From Prorocentrum cordatum (Eukaryota), in contig CAUYUJ010000336.1 in assembly GCA_963575745.1 (NCBI GenBank), positions 186,001 to 250,000 of the forward strand: 64,000 nt of DNA, written 5' to 3'. Position 1 is the first letter of the stretch; each line of letters starts with the position of its first letter. Under the pieces are notes generated by a model. The model searched no databases and was not told the DNA's origin. It saw nothing but the letters and a program-made list of their open reading frames with translations. The position numbers were made by a program, and so were the translations under genes. Below are positions 38,626 to 51,501 of the stretch, piece by piece.

Positions 38626-39080
38626 ATAGCTGAAGCTCATGTGGTGTGTTGTGGCCTACTTCCGCACTCCTGCCCGCAACCTAGGTCACCCCCAGGGGCG
38701 CGAAGATGAACGAGGTGCGCGCGTCGCGGTCTGGGCCAGAGCGGTCGCCTTTCTCCAGGTGGGCGGCGCGATGGCGCGGGGGCGCGAAGATAGTGGCGCG
38801 TCGGGCATCGCGGGGCGCCATGCGCGATGTTCAGGTGACACCGTACCAGTACCACGCCTCACGTTCATGCGCTGATGGGCGGCCCTTCTCAATGTTTCCC
38901 CACGGTGGGGGAGAAGGGGCGTCTTGGCGGTTTCACTGTGGAGCTGATGCTGCGTTTCTGGGTGGAGGGCGTGAGCGGCTTCTTCTGCGACTCTTCGGAC
39001 CCGCGAGTCGGGTAAAAAAGTAACAGGGAGGAGAGTGGTTATAAGGTGAGGAGGGGGATGGGGATGAGGATCAGAGGAGG

Positions 39081-39224
39081 AAAAGGTACGGATACCGCTA
39101 CCCTGGCCCCGTTTTCGCCTTCTTGGGGGTCCTGGGAGGCTCTCGTCAACACGGCTGGAATCGCCTTGAAATTCTAGTCAGAACGAACATTGGCAGAGGT
39201 CCTGTGAGTATAATGGTACCTTTT
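39081..39224. mobile_element. MITE-like element, copy 2
   Basis: AAAAGGTACGGATACCGCTAC...GGTACCTTTT. Its left end resembles the reverse complement of the right end of copy 1. Confidence 0.55.
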
Positions 39225-40306
39225 CGTTTTCCCAGGGGAGAGGGAATATTGGCAGCGAGAACGAACAGGCGATCGAGGGATGCGGGTATCACGTGAGGTG
39301 GAAGAGGGAGGAGCAAGGTGGGAGGAGTTGCGGAAGGGTGGAAGGAAGGACATCGGATGTGAGGGAGAGGGAGGGAGGGATTAATGGATGGAGTGAGATG
39401 GAGGGAGGAGGGGGGACATTGAGGCAGATGCGACGGATGATGAGAACGCTATGAATAAGGAGGAAGAGGGTAATGTTGAGCTGCCACGGGTGCAACGAGA
39501 TTGTATCTTTTGGGGCAGTCGTAGAACTTGAGGGCAGAAACCACGACGTGAATCACATCCCAATGAGTGAATCCACACTGCATTTTTAATATGTGCGGAG
39601 CTACGTGCTGCCTGCGCAGCATAGTGCAACACGATGCACGCATCATGTGCACCCCACAACTAGAGATAGTGAGTGAAGGGCTGCTCCGGACAATTGGGAT
39701 GTCATCTTCAGCCAGATTGAGTTCCCATTCCGTTCCGCTCGAATCTTGGTGTTCCAATACAAGCCCGACCTTTTCTCGGGGGCCGTCCCTTGCAACCTCG
39801 ATCGTTCTCTGACGGTCCTCAGGAACGACAATCGAGGAGCATCGTTCCCGTACTGTTTTCTGGCTGTCCTGGGATCCCGCAGCGGGCGTCAGAGGAGTTG
39901 ACCCGGAGAGAAAATAGCGGAGGCGGAAAAGGAGAATGAGAAGAAGATTGGGAAAAGGAAGGCATAATGCAGGGAGTCGGAGGGGGGCGAACGGGCGAAG
40001 AGAGGTGTGGAGGAGGGCGGCGGTAGAGTGAAGGAGGCTTCGGTCATAGAGGAAACCGCAACCTTCTCTCTCTCTCTCTCTATTCCGCCCTCTCCCGGAA
40101 GCGCCTGCCAGTTTCACCTCTCACCTGCGCCTTCTGTTTCCTGCCCCCCCCCTTTGCGTCGCGCGATGTCCCCCCCCCGCCCCCCCGCCTCCCCCCGCGA
40201 TTCCGAAAGCCTGGACGTGCTCGCGACCAAAACGCAATTCCAAGTTTTATTGAACAAATGTTTTCTTGGTGCTGGTGTCGGCCTTCTGTCTCCCTAACTT
40301 GGTGGG

Positions 40307-40452
40307 TGTGAAAGCGAGGGTGCTAGACTGCCTAGTGTTTGCCCCTCGTCTCACCCTTTTCGTACCGTAAACATATTGGTTCCTAGGGCCTGTGAGCGTT
40401 AGGCGACACACAGAACACATCGCGCGCCCATCTCAGAAGTTACATCGTCACA
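40307..40452 (+). repeat. 5' LTR
   Basis: TGTGAAAGCGAG...CATCGTCACA. Aligns without gaps to 47377-47522 with about 32/146 mismatches (manual count). Confidence 0.9.
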
Positions 40453-40453
40453 T

Positions 40454-40465
40454 TGGTAGCGGAGC
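40454..40465 (+). promoter_or_regulatory. Primer-binding site (initiator tRNA-Met-like)
   Basis: TGGTAGCGGAGC begins 1 nt after the 5' LTR and resembles tRNAiMet-type PBS sequences. Confidence 0.65.
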
Positions 40466-40589
40466 AGTTCGAGCCACGGACTACAGTGGATAACCCATTT
40501 CGGCGGATCGACTGTCAGCACAGTCTCAGATTCGACGGGCTGCCTGTCCGCAGCATTTCTAAGTCATGGCGCCCAAACGGGAGCCATCA

Positions 40590-43500
40590 TATGACGGACG
40601 AGGAGATCCTGGGGACGAGGGCGACCCAGCTGTTGCGCAGCCGGGAGGTGGATCGTACTTATATTAAAGCGCCCGCCGTCGACCCCAAACACATGGCGAT
40701 GAAGGATTACCGCCGGAGAGTCGCAGTGTTCAGAACACGCGCGTTCTTGCCCATCGAGAAGCAGGCCGCAGAGCTCTACGCAGAATTGCAGGGCGACGCC
40801 TGGGTGCACGCAGAGAACTTCGATCCGACGGAGCTTCAGAATGCAGAAGGGGTCCAGATACTGCTCGGCTTTCTGGCCGATAAGTTTGATGACGAGATGG
40901 TGATGGAGCTTGGTGGTGAGCTCGAGACGCTCTTCACCCAGATGTGCCGCGAGAGCGGCGAGGATATTCGAAACTACATCAACCGCTTCGTCTCGCAGGT
41001 CTCGAGGTTGAAGACGCTACAGATTGAGTTCCCAGATCAGGCGGTCGCGTGATTGTTCATGCGGTGGTTGGGCATGCCGCCAGATCGAAAGGTTGGAGTG
41101 CTCGGCGCGAATCAGAACAAGTATGGGATCAAGCCGTTGCAGAAGCAAACGCTACTCAACATGAAAGATGCCCGAGCGCAGGGCAAGTTCTACCCCCGGA
41201 GGCCCGTGCCAGCGCAATCTGCCACAGCCAAGGGAGGAGCCAGACAGCGACGATGGGGAGCTCACGTGACCGAGAATGATAAAGAGGATGGGAATTTTGA
41301 GGCGCTTCAGACTCAAATGGGGGAGTTATTCGAGGAAGAGGGCGAAGCGGAGGGTGAGTCTACAAGCTGGAGAAGATGTTGGCCATATCGAAAGGCCGTA
41401 AGAAGGACGCCGATCAGGCGAAAGGTCGACGCCGTCGAGACCGTCTACTTGGTGGCAAGGGCATCGGAAGCAAGGGCCGCAACTCGGCAATCGCTGGAGG
41501 CAGGGGGGGGGCTCAGATCGCAACGAGAAACTGAAGGCATGGACGCACTGCGCAGTATGTCAGCGTCTCGGGCACTCGAAGTGCTATCCAGAATGCCCTG
41601 GGCCGCCGAAGAAAGCGCGCATCGCGTCGGCCGACGACCACTTGGAAGAGGGCAACGGCGCCGACCAGTACTGCGTCACTTGGCCGAACATGGAGCAGCT
41701 GATCGCCGGACAGACCTTCTTCGTCAAGAACGCGATGATGACGGGCGCGCTGAACGCAACAATGGCAGCGCAGGAGGAGCTTCTACAGCAGCGCGGAGGC
41801 AAGCTGTTGCCGGACTCGCGCTGCGCCAAGACGGTGGGGGGCCAGGTCTGGCGCGGCGGCGCGAAGCAGAGGCTCGCCAAGTTGGGCCTCATGCCGATCG
41901 ATTTCGACGAGCGAGAAGTTTTCAGATTTGGAGCGGTCAAGCCGATCGCGAGCGCGATTGGAGCGTTGGTGCCGCTTGCCGCGCAGGGGCGCCACTCCGC
42001 GCTGAGGATCTCCATCGCGCCGCGCCTGGTGCCAGCATTGCTGTCTTGGTCAACTGGGCGCTGCCCGCGATCGCGGGATGGAGGCCGGCGAGAGCGCCAT
42101 CGTGCTCAGGAAGCTGGGGGCATCCAGCCCCGCGCTCGGACGCGCCCAGAGCGGGCGCCCAAGTTTCGGCGCGTTGCAGTTAGATTCGGCCCATCTTTTC
42201 ACGACGGCCCAACGCGTGGGCCCGAGCCGGACAGAGATCCGGCACCTTCCGCCATCGCAGCGCCGGTGGGAAGAATTTGAAAAGAGCGGCATCGCACGTC
42301 GCATTCTCGTGCTCTGGAGGATCCCCAAGGCCCCGCTCAGGACATTTCGAGTGGGCCTCCAGAGGGATCCAAAGAGGATTCAAGGCGATATAAATTTCGA
42401 CGAGCGCGACCCGAATCGGAGCGAGATAATTTTCGACCCGTTCGAGAGCGACCCGACTCTGCGCGAGATGAACTTCAGCGCGTTCGGGGGCGATCCGGAT
42501 CGCTCAGGATGCCCCGGAAGAGCCCCGCCGGAAACCAGATAAATGCCAATGTGCGGGAACGGGCGGAAACGCGCGCTTGGCCGCCACGCTGCGCTGCAGA
42601 AACCCGTGCTTTAACAGCAGCAGCAAGCAGAGCAAGCACGACGGGCGCGATTCGATGCCACAGAGCGTTTGCACGATGATGAGATTATGCGTCCTCAGCC
42701 AACATCGTTTCAAGCCGTTTCGGGTGATCGGCGATTTCCCCCATATTCAAATACTTTTCTGTGTCGGCGTGGATTCAGAGTTGGCGCTCTCTCATTGTGG
42801 GCGCCGAGAAGCACTGCAATGCAGCAGCGCTCGCGCATTGGAAGCAGGTGTTCAAGTTAGTTATCGCGGCGGTCGAGATGACCAGGCAGCCGGCAGTGGC
42901 GATCATCTGTCGCAGCGGCCATCGGCGCGGCAAGGAGGGGATTCTGGGGGGTCGATCCGGGCCGCTAGCACCGCGTCGCCCACGTCCGCTCGGGACCGTG
43001 GCCAATGTGGAGTTGCAGGAAGAGATGGAGAGCAACGGACTGGAGTGCCAAGGTCTGGGACGCAGGGGGGCGCGAATGATTCTCAACGAGCAGCGGATCA
43101 GGAACGGCCAGAGCCGAAGGGGTGTTCGAGCAACCGATCCGGAGCTTCGAAGACTAGCCAGGAAAAGCGAGGCGGAGGTCGCCCAGCAGGCCAAGAAGCG
43201 CGACGTCAAGGTAATTAACCGAGGGCGCGATCAAGGACAACATCGCAGACTCCGAGGGCAGTCAAGAAGGAGGAGGTCGTGGTTGAGGCGCCGCTGTGCA
43301 CGACCTCGAAGGATGCTTCAGCGACCAAGAGTGCCTGCTTAGCCTGCCGGAGCTCAGGAAAGGCATATCTCGCAAGGGCAGCGGGGCCACCTTCTTCGGA
43401 TGGCCGCGAGAGCGACGAACCACCTTTGAGGAGAAGGAGTTCGTCGATGAGCGACATGGCGGTTGCAGCGGGAGGCGTCAGCGTGGAGGGGGGCCAGGAC

Positions 43501-46500
43501 CGGGAGACGATAGCTCCGTAGGGGAAGACTCGAAGGCAGCCGGAGCGAAACGCGAGATGGGGCCCAGGCAGATCCAGCGGTGCAGGGGCATTTTCAAGAA
43601 GGTCGTCGGCTTCCTCGCGTGGCAGACCACGTTCGTCGGCGCGTTCCTGGTTAAGCCGCTACTCTCAGACGGCAAGGCTCTCGCCCAGGACCTTTGCGAC
43701 GCGTTTGATATCAAGCCCGACTCGGGCCGCGACCTCGCGCAGATCTTCGCGGGCGAGGCCGTCATCTCAGAAGTGCCCCGCAGGCAGGAGTTCAAGGTCT
43801 GCGAGCCGGTCGACAAGATCTACACATGCAATCTTCGAGAAGTTGAAGACCGACGTGAAGTTCTACAGATTTACCATTCGCGCGACCCGCGCGATTTACC
43901 ATTCACTCTGGGGCATTTGCGCACTCCGTGGACGCAGCTAACGAGCGCCAGCTGCCGGGGGGAAGACAACAATAACTACGTCGCAGGCGCATCGGAGACC
44001 GACCTCTTCTGGCTTTGCGGAGGAGCATTGCAAGACTTCGAGGCGGCCGACGTCGCCCCCGCTTTGATCAAGCCGAATTTGGATCGCACCGCCGATCTGA
44101 AGATTCAGATGCGGTGCAAGCCAGAGCCCGTCGCGGACGACATTGGAGCCGAAAGTTGAGATTGTTCAACAAGGACCTGGCTGCACTGCGTCAGCTACAC
44201 CAGAACCTAGGACATCCCAGCAACGAAGACCTTGCGATATCATTGAGATTCTTGGGATGTCGACCGGAGGTTGCGACGGCGGCGAAGTCATTGCGGTGTG
44301 CTTGTTGCATGAGTGAGGCGAGGAAGAAGATCGCGAGGCGAGCCAGGTTGTCGCACGCAGCAAACTTCACCGAGCAGATTGCTCTGGACTGTTTCACAAT
44401 CGAAGACGTCGATGGCAAGGCTTGAGATTCCTATTCGTTTCATGTTGTGGGCATGGTCGAGAGGCATCATTCAGATACCTCGGTCATGGCGTTCACTCAG
44501 GCATGGGCCAGTTTGGCAGGGCCGCCAGAGAGCGCAGTGATGGGCATGGAACGCGGCTATGGTTTAGTCGCCCAAAAGATGCTTGATGGATTTGACAGTG
44601 CAGTCGTTCCAGTTGCGGGACAGGCAGCGCGCGAACATGGGCGCGCAGGCCGTCGAGGAGGATGGTGGAAGGAGTTGGCCGAAAGGACCATCGCGCGCAC
44701 CGCAGCATCCAGGGGGTCCGACGCGCGCGTCATCTCTTCCGTCGCCAGCGGCGCAATGCACGCATTACGTCGTCGGTGTAGATTCAGTCCAGAGCAGCTG
44801 GTATTCGGCAAGAGCGCGCGACTACCAGCAGATCGAGTGAACGGAGCGCACCACGACGCAGTCCATGAAAGAGCATAACTACAGCATGTGGAGAGGCAAA
44901 TCAAGATGGACCGCAGCCCGCAAGGCTTACATGGATATGCAGAACGACAGCACGCTACGTAAGGCACATGGGGCGCGCCCGAGTACACCCACGCCCACTG
45001 GAACATGGAGTTTCTGCTCCTGTTACCGCCAGCTCAGGAAGGGCTCGATCAAGAAGGGGATACGGTTGGGGCAGGCTGGGATTGTCGGGAAGCAGGGCCA
45101 TAACAATTGGATTTCACGCGGTGGCTTCGCGAAGCTACTGGCTTCAGAACACGTTCGACCTGTCGCTACTGGCGGCGTTTGGGGGCCAGACACCGACGAT
45201 CAACGCGGAGAAGCTCTTGATCAACTTCAGCGACTGCGTCGAGATGTCGGGGCCAGCGCCGACATGGGGCTCGAAGAGCTACGAGGGGAAGAACCACCAC
45301 CGGAAGAAGGAGCTGTCAAGATTGAGGCGGAACCCGCGGGAGCACCTGCCGAAGGCGCGCCAGGAATTCCAGATGAGTCTGATCTCTCACCTGCTGATGA
45401 GCTCCCGGAAGAACAGCCAGACGCAGCGACCGCACCATCTACGTCAATTTCAGCGCCGCCACCTGGACGAGTGAAGGATCGCCCTGAGCCGGAGACTTGA
45501 ACTGCGACGAGTTCAGCGACGTCGAGCCGTGTGCAACCCGCTCGACGACGCACCTCAATGCATTCGGGGAAGCCAACAGCAATAATAAGTTGCACGACAA
45601 ACTGCTGCACGACAAGCCGCGCGACAAGCTGGACAACCGTGCCACGTCAGCATTGCCCATGACAGCGACGAGGGCACTACCGCTAACACCAGCTTTGCCG
45701 CCATGCTACTTGGGGCCCAAGTCCAGAGTGAAAGTCCCCGGAAGGAGCTGCAGGGTCGGGAAATCGCCTGGAAGGACACCCCTGAGGAGCGCGAGCCGCT
45801 CTACCAGAAGGCCATCGCGGGGCGCTGGGAGGAGCGGGGGAAGTTTGGTTCAGTGGAGGCGTCATCGCTGCAAGAATCTCAACAAGCACGACAGGAGGAC
45901 GACAGCAACCGATTCCTGCCGTCCGGGCTCGAGTTCCGCGATCAAAACGTCACTATCTGCATGGGGGCCGATGCCGCGCCGGTGAAAGCCAAGGCCAGAT
46001 TTTGTGCTTCAGGACATCGCGATCCAGATCTACAGACTGAAGCTGTTCGAACTGACGCGCCTACAGTGACCAGAGCCAGACCCATGTTGTTGTTCATAAT
46101 GGCCGGTCGCCATGAATGGGATCCATCGCGCGCCGATCATATCCGCTTTCGTAGAGGGGGATGGGGCAGCCAAGTGACGAGCCTAAGTTCATGAAGCAAC
46201 TACCGCAAGGTCTACCAAACCTTCAACCAGGACAGGTGCTACGAATTTGTCAAGGGGATTTTCGGTTTGGCTAACGCTGCAAGACAATGGCGGGCTACGC
46301 TCAGGAAAGCCCTGCTGAAGGTCAAGCTCGTGAGTCGCCGACTCGATCGAGACGAATCGCATCGTGGCAGGGGCCAAGCGCTGCAACGAGACCGCTATCA
46401 CGATTTCAAAGTTGGACGGCGAGCTACGCTTTCGCTGAATTTCGCGATGCTGCGTGGGGAATGTGGACGAGCCAGATGACGGCGTGTCTGGCACGGCCTG

Positions 46501-47030
46501 GCGGCGCAGGCGGCGGGGCAAGGCAGCTTTCGCCTCGGAGGCCCCGAAGACGTTGAAGGCCAAGAGTCGAGCGGGTTTCTTGATGTTCGTGACAGAAGAA
46601 GATCTTCGAGAACGGCGAAGGTAAAGCTGCATTAGTGGATTGGAGATCCGCCACCAGCAGGAGGGCATGCCGCCGCGCGTTCGCCGCCGGGACAATGAGT
46701 GAGTGCAGCGGGCGCTTTGGGTGCAGCTATTGCGGTGCGCGTTCCTATGCTTGACGCTGTGTATCCCAAGTTGAGTCGATGATATTGACCCAGGTCTGTG
46801 TTCGATTCAGTGCGTGACATATTGAGCCTCACTACATGATGCAGTGCGTCGAGCAGGAGCAGCGAAGTTGCCTGCCGAGAGACACCTAGCGTTGGTTTTG
46901 AATTGATTACGTGTGCTGTTGGAAGATGAAGTTGTGGAAGGGGTGCCCGCCGCTGCCAAATCTAAATTGCCGTTGGCTTGGCGCCCGGCTCAGGGCATGA
47001 TGGTTTATGCGCTCACAAAAAGGATGTATG
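40590..47030 (+). pseudogene. Copia gag-pol remnant (many stops and frameshifts)
   Basis: Gag ~40590-41300. Knuckle HCAVCQRLGHSKCYPECP ~41545. Protease LPDSRCAKTVGG ~41810. Integrase LHQNLGHPS..LRCACC 44185-44310 and core to FSPEQLVFG ~44810. RT KARFCASGHRDPD..DAPTV ~45990 and FGLANAARQW ~46265. RNase H end WRPAQGMMVYALTK ~46980. Confidence 0.85.
43731..44045 (+). pseudogene. Degenerate cytosine DNA methyltransferase-like segment inside the Copia polyprotein
   Basis: DLAQIFAGEAVIS (motif I-like FxG), EPVDKIYTCNL, and LRTPW at the position expected for the catalytic PCxxW. Lies between protease and integrase. Confidence 0.5.
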
Positions 47031-47376
47031 GATCAAATATACGCAACCCGATGGATGGACATGTGATGTTCCGCAAAGACGCCCCGCCCAAGGCAGACGA
47101 CGATCATGACATTATGATGAGTTCATGGCCTACCTATTGGGAGCATTGGGTTTGAGGTGTTTCGATGTGAGCCTGATTCCATGTGTAGCTGTCCAAGAGC
47201 CTGTCGGCCGCCCGTTTGCATTCCGTTCGCGAGCCTTTTTGGACTGAAGTTTGCCGCTCGAGAGAGTGGCGGATTGTCCGCTATCGGCACCCTGGAGTTT
47301 CATGTGCCAGCACGACGCGCGCCATCCATGCTCTCCGCTCCTTGATCGACAAGGGGCAGCATAAGTTTAGAACGAG

Positions 47377-47522
47377 TGTAAAAGCGAGAATGCTAGCATG
47401 CCTTGTGTTTGCCCTTCGTCGCACCCGTTTCGCTCCGTGCAAATCCTGGCTCCCGGGGCCATTGAACTGTAGGCGACGCGCGGAAAACGCCGCGCGCCCA
47501 TCTCAGAAGTTGCATCTTCACA
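47377..47522 (+). repeat. 3' LTR
   Basis: TGTAAAAGCGAG...CATCTTCACA followed by the TSD GTGGG. Confidence 0.9.
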
Positions 47523-47529
47523 GTGGGCA

Positions 47530-49480
47530 TGCTTGGTGCCGCTGTCGGCGGGGGAATTGTTTCGGTCTGTGGTGCGCGGCCGCCAGCGCGCGGTCGAATT
47601 GGCGAGCCGCGCCATCGACGGCTCGAGCTGGAGCGCCGGCCGCAAGGGCGCGGAGTGCGCGCCGACAAGCACGCGCCATTCCAGCAGCATTTGCTGCTTG
47701 AAACTCTTTGGCGGCAAACCGCAGATCCGCGGGGGATGCCCGAGCTGGGGGCAGCCCTAAAGAGCTGTTTCGGGGGTAGTCCGCTTGCGAGACGGACGGT
47801 GCCCCACGGGGCCTCGTCTCTTGCCAACCCGGCAAAATCTCGTTCCCCGAGCGCGCGCGTTGCTGCCGCTTTCTTGGGGGCGCTGTGAGCCCGTAGTGTC
47901 GTTCGCACCTGGGGGGGGGGATCTTGGGCGAATTGGGTTGGGGCCGGAGAAAGTCGACCTCGACAACGCGCCGCGCCTGTGCCTGGACCGGGCGTTGACC
48001 AACAAGTCTGCTGAGTCGGCGAGCTTGCGCGGAGAAGTCGAGCGGCGCTTTGAGAATGATGCTCCGCGCGATACGGAGTATTCCATGATTCCACCTGGAG
48101 TGCGACTCCTCAGCGGCGATGGGCGCGGCCGGCGCAAGGTCGAATGGCCGCCCGGGGCGTCGCCGTCGTCAGGCGAGGGGCGGCGGCAGCTGGGTTCGGG
48201 GGGGCAGTTCGGCCGCCGCTTCAGCCTGCCAGCCAACCCCGAGCGCGCGTTTGACGGGCCGGGCGCCCGTGGGCTCCAGGCAGGCGCCCCGCCGGGTCAG
48301 GAGGTCGGATTGCGCCTGGCCGCGGGCCGCCAACGAGGGCTGGGCGCGCCGGGGTCCGAGCCTGCTGGGCGCGGTGTCGACGGGTAAAAGGGAGTTGACG
48401 CCAGTTGCTGCTCCAGGGCCAGGGGGCTCGAATTCGCGCAGAACGCCGGCCCCCGCGGTGCCAGCGGCACCTGCGCGCGCGCGGAGCACTTGGGCGCCGT
48501 CGCCGACGTGCCCGACCAACGGCGAGAGAATGCCTTCTTTGAGTCTGGGGGCCCAGCGCTCCACGCGATGGAGTCCCGCGGCGACGCTGGCGAGGCTCCC
48601 AGGGCAGAACTGGAGCCCGCCTCAGCCTGGGAATCGCCTCGAGCCAGTCTTGGAAGCTCCGCGCTGGTCCCGACCAGTCTCCTAGCTCGTTGGCGCTGCA
48701 ACGACCTGGCCCTTGAACGTGTGATTGGGCAGTGTGCGTTCTGCGGCCTGGCCGCTCGTGAGTCCTTTTTTTTTCATGCACGCCGCATATGAGTTCCTTT
48801 CGACTCAGGAGCTCGAATCGGGCCCGAAGGTCGAGGGGCTCCCGGCGTTCTGAGGCGCCCTCTTGCTCCCGGGGCGCCACGGGTGGCCTCCGTGGAGCTT
48901 TGCCGTTCTATTGACCGACGCCAGCCTGGCGGGCTGGGCGGCGCCCCGAAGTTTCCGCGGCCCGAGCCAGGTTGCTGGCGTTGGCTGTGTCAGAGAGCGC
49001 TCCGGATTAAAGCGTGTCGGGCCGCTTTCGGTTCTCAAGTCCGCCCTCTTCACCGGCGAGTCGGGGGAGTGGGGGGGTCCAGTTTGCGGGCGATGATTTC
49101 CGCGAAGGCGAGTGGGGGTTCGCCGCGGTTTTTCCCGAGGTCCCCTAGCAGTTCCTCCGAAGCTCCGCTTGAAAGACCCCGGAAAGCGGCGCGGGCCATC
49201 GAGGAAGGAATGCTGTTCGCGGAGGCCCTGGCCTGTGCGAGGGCCGCCCGCAGGTTGTCGAGATCAAGGCGCGGGCGTTTCATCCGGCGGCGCGTTATGC
49301 GCGAGAGTGTGGCCGTCGTTCTCGCTTCCGCCCGCTCGAGTGCAGTCCTGGTCCATATTTGAAGTTTAACGCTTGCGTTTCTGCCCTGAGCGAGAGTGCG
49401 CATTTGACTTCAACCTGTGGCCCTGACGTTTGGAAGGTTTCGTCAGAACTACATCCCTTCTACGTGGAAACACGATGGTT
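47530..49480 (+). mobile_element. DIRS-like retroelement remnant (end of RT and RNase H)
   Basis: LERVIGQCAFCGLAARESF, LLTDASLAGWA, AEALACARAARRL..VVLASARSS and VSSELHP resemble the RT-end and RNase H motifs of DIRS-type elements. No recombinase or RT core recognised. Confidence 0.55.
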
Positions 49481-49944
49481 CTATCCCGCACTATCCTTCG
49501 ATTTTCCCCTCGACGCTCCGCCTCCCCCTTTTGTGCAATCGGCACACCTTGATCGTACGATCGCGGCGCTCTTCTGAACAATGCGCAAGGCAGTCTTAGG
49601 CAGCACGCGGAAAAATTGGGCGAGGCTATCAGTGCGAGGCCCTCTCCTTCTCCCCTTTGCAGTGACAAACAGGTCCTTTCCGAAGGGCCCCCTTGGTACT
49701 TCTATCTGTGCTGTTCGGACTCTCTCTGCCCCTCGCCCCCCGAGCTTGGCTTTCATTTTCGGGCACGCTGACCTCTGCCATACCGCCGTTCGACGACGAC
49801 GTCGACGACGACGACGACGAGGACAGCGGCGTGCGAACCCGCCTCCTCCCTTTCCGCCGAGCGAGGACCGCTGCTGGAACTGGATGGACTGCGGCACCCC
49901 TGCGCGGCAATCTAAGCCTTGCAGTCGAACTTTCCCTCAGGACG

Positions 49945-50455
49945 GGAGGAAGAGGAGGAGGAGGAGAAGGACGAGGAGGAGGGGGAAGAGGAGCATGAGG
50001 AGGATGAGGAGGAGGAGAAGGAGGTGGAGGAGGACCAGGAGGGGGATCAGGAGGAGGAGGAGAAGAAGGAGGAGCAGAAGGAGCAGGAGGAGCATGAGGA
50101 GGAGCAAGAGGAGATGAAAAAGGAAGAGGAGAAAGAGGAAGGAGGGAGGATGAATGAAGAAGGAAACGTAGGAAGGAGGAAGGAGGACGAGGCAGGAGGC
50201 AGGAGACAGGATGAGGAGGAGGAGGAAGAGGAGGAGGAGGATCAGGAGGAGGAGGAATTGGAGGATGAGGAGGAGGAGGTGAAGGAAAAGTGAGGATGGG
50301 AGGGTGAGGGGGAGGAGGAGCAGGAGGAGGATGAGGAGGAGGAGCAGCAGCAGGAGGAGGAGCAGGAGGAGCAGGAAGAGGAGGAGGAGGAGCAGGAGGA
50401 GCAGGAGGAGCAGCAGGAGGAGGAGGAGGAGGAGGAGGAGGAGGAAGGAGGAAGG
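49945..50455. repeat. Imperfect (GGA)n microsatellite
   Basis: Directly visible. Confidence 0.9.
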
Positions 50456-51202
50456 AGAAACCACCACGGAGGGAGGGCGGCGCCTCAGAGGGGCGCCGCC
50501 CTGTGCACGCCGAGGACGCGCACCATGTGCGTGGGGTGGGGGTGTTCGGCGCCCTAGCTGCAAAACGGCCCAGGCCTTAACCGTCCACCATTGCCACCTT
50601 CCCGCGCCGAACCCGCGGCCGCTTTGATGATCACGGTGATGCGGTGCATGTCATGCGCGGCCGTCGCGGCAGCGAGTTCGCCCTCAACCGTGCCGAGAGC
50701 ACCAGCCCGCCCGCGTCAGCCGCAACCGCCGCCATCCGCCCACCAGGCAACACGGGGAGCTCGTCAACCCAGGCGTCGTCCTCCAGAGGCGAAGGCGGGG
50801 CGACCGCGCCCGCGCCCTCTGCGACCCCGTCGCCGACCGCCAGCACGGACGGAGCAGGCGCAGCCACCGCCACTGCCGCGTCCGCCGCCGCTGCCACATC
50901 TACCGTCTCGACTGCCGTCGCGTCGCCAGTACCCTGCACGGGCCCGCCGCGAGTGCCGCCAGCGCCGGCGCGCTCGAGCCACCGAAGGCGGACCGTGGCC
51001 TTGGCTGCGTGGGGCGCAGGCGGAGGCGGCGCATCGGGGGCGCCGGGCGCAGAAGCCCCTCGGCCGCTTGAGGAGCAAGTCGCGGGTCGCCTCCAGGGTA
51101 GCGTTGTGTCCATTGGTCACCTTTGGCATCGGACCCACGGCGAGCTCACGAGGCCGAAGCGGCGCGAGGCCCAGCGGCATGGGACGTGAAGCAGTAAGAT
51201 TG

Positions 51203-51203
51203 G

Positions 51204-51285
<82 letters not shown>

Positions 51286-51455
51286 TATGATGATGATGAT
51301 GATGATGTTGATGATGCTGATGTTGATGCTGATGATGATGATGATGGTGATGATGATTGTGGTGATGATGATGCTCATGAGAATGTCGATGATTATGATG
51401 GTGATGATGATGGTGGTGATGATGATGCGCATGATACTGTTGATGATTATGATGG

Positions 51456-51501
<46 letters not shown>

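Larger units (their letters stand above)
40307..47522 (+). mobile_element. Full-length decayed Ty1/Copia-type LTR retrotransposon
   Basis: Two 146-bp TG...CA LTRs. 5-bp TSD GTGGG (40302-40306, 47523-47527). PBS after the 5' LTR. Domain order is gag, Zn knuckle, protease, integrase, RT, RNase H. Confidence 0.92.

Noticed and set aside
39690..39900. Possible PDZ-like exon (IEVARDGPREKVGLVL) on the minus strand
   Set aside because: Too short, with no supported splice partners in the window.
40307..40452. Apparent excess of adjacent double substitutions between the two LTRs
   Set aside because: Nine doublets among about 32 mismatches is close to the roughly 7 expected by chance at this divergence.
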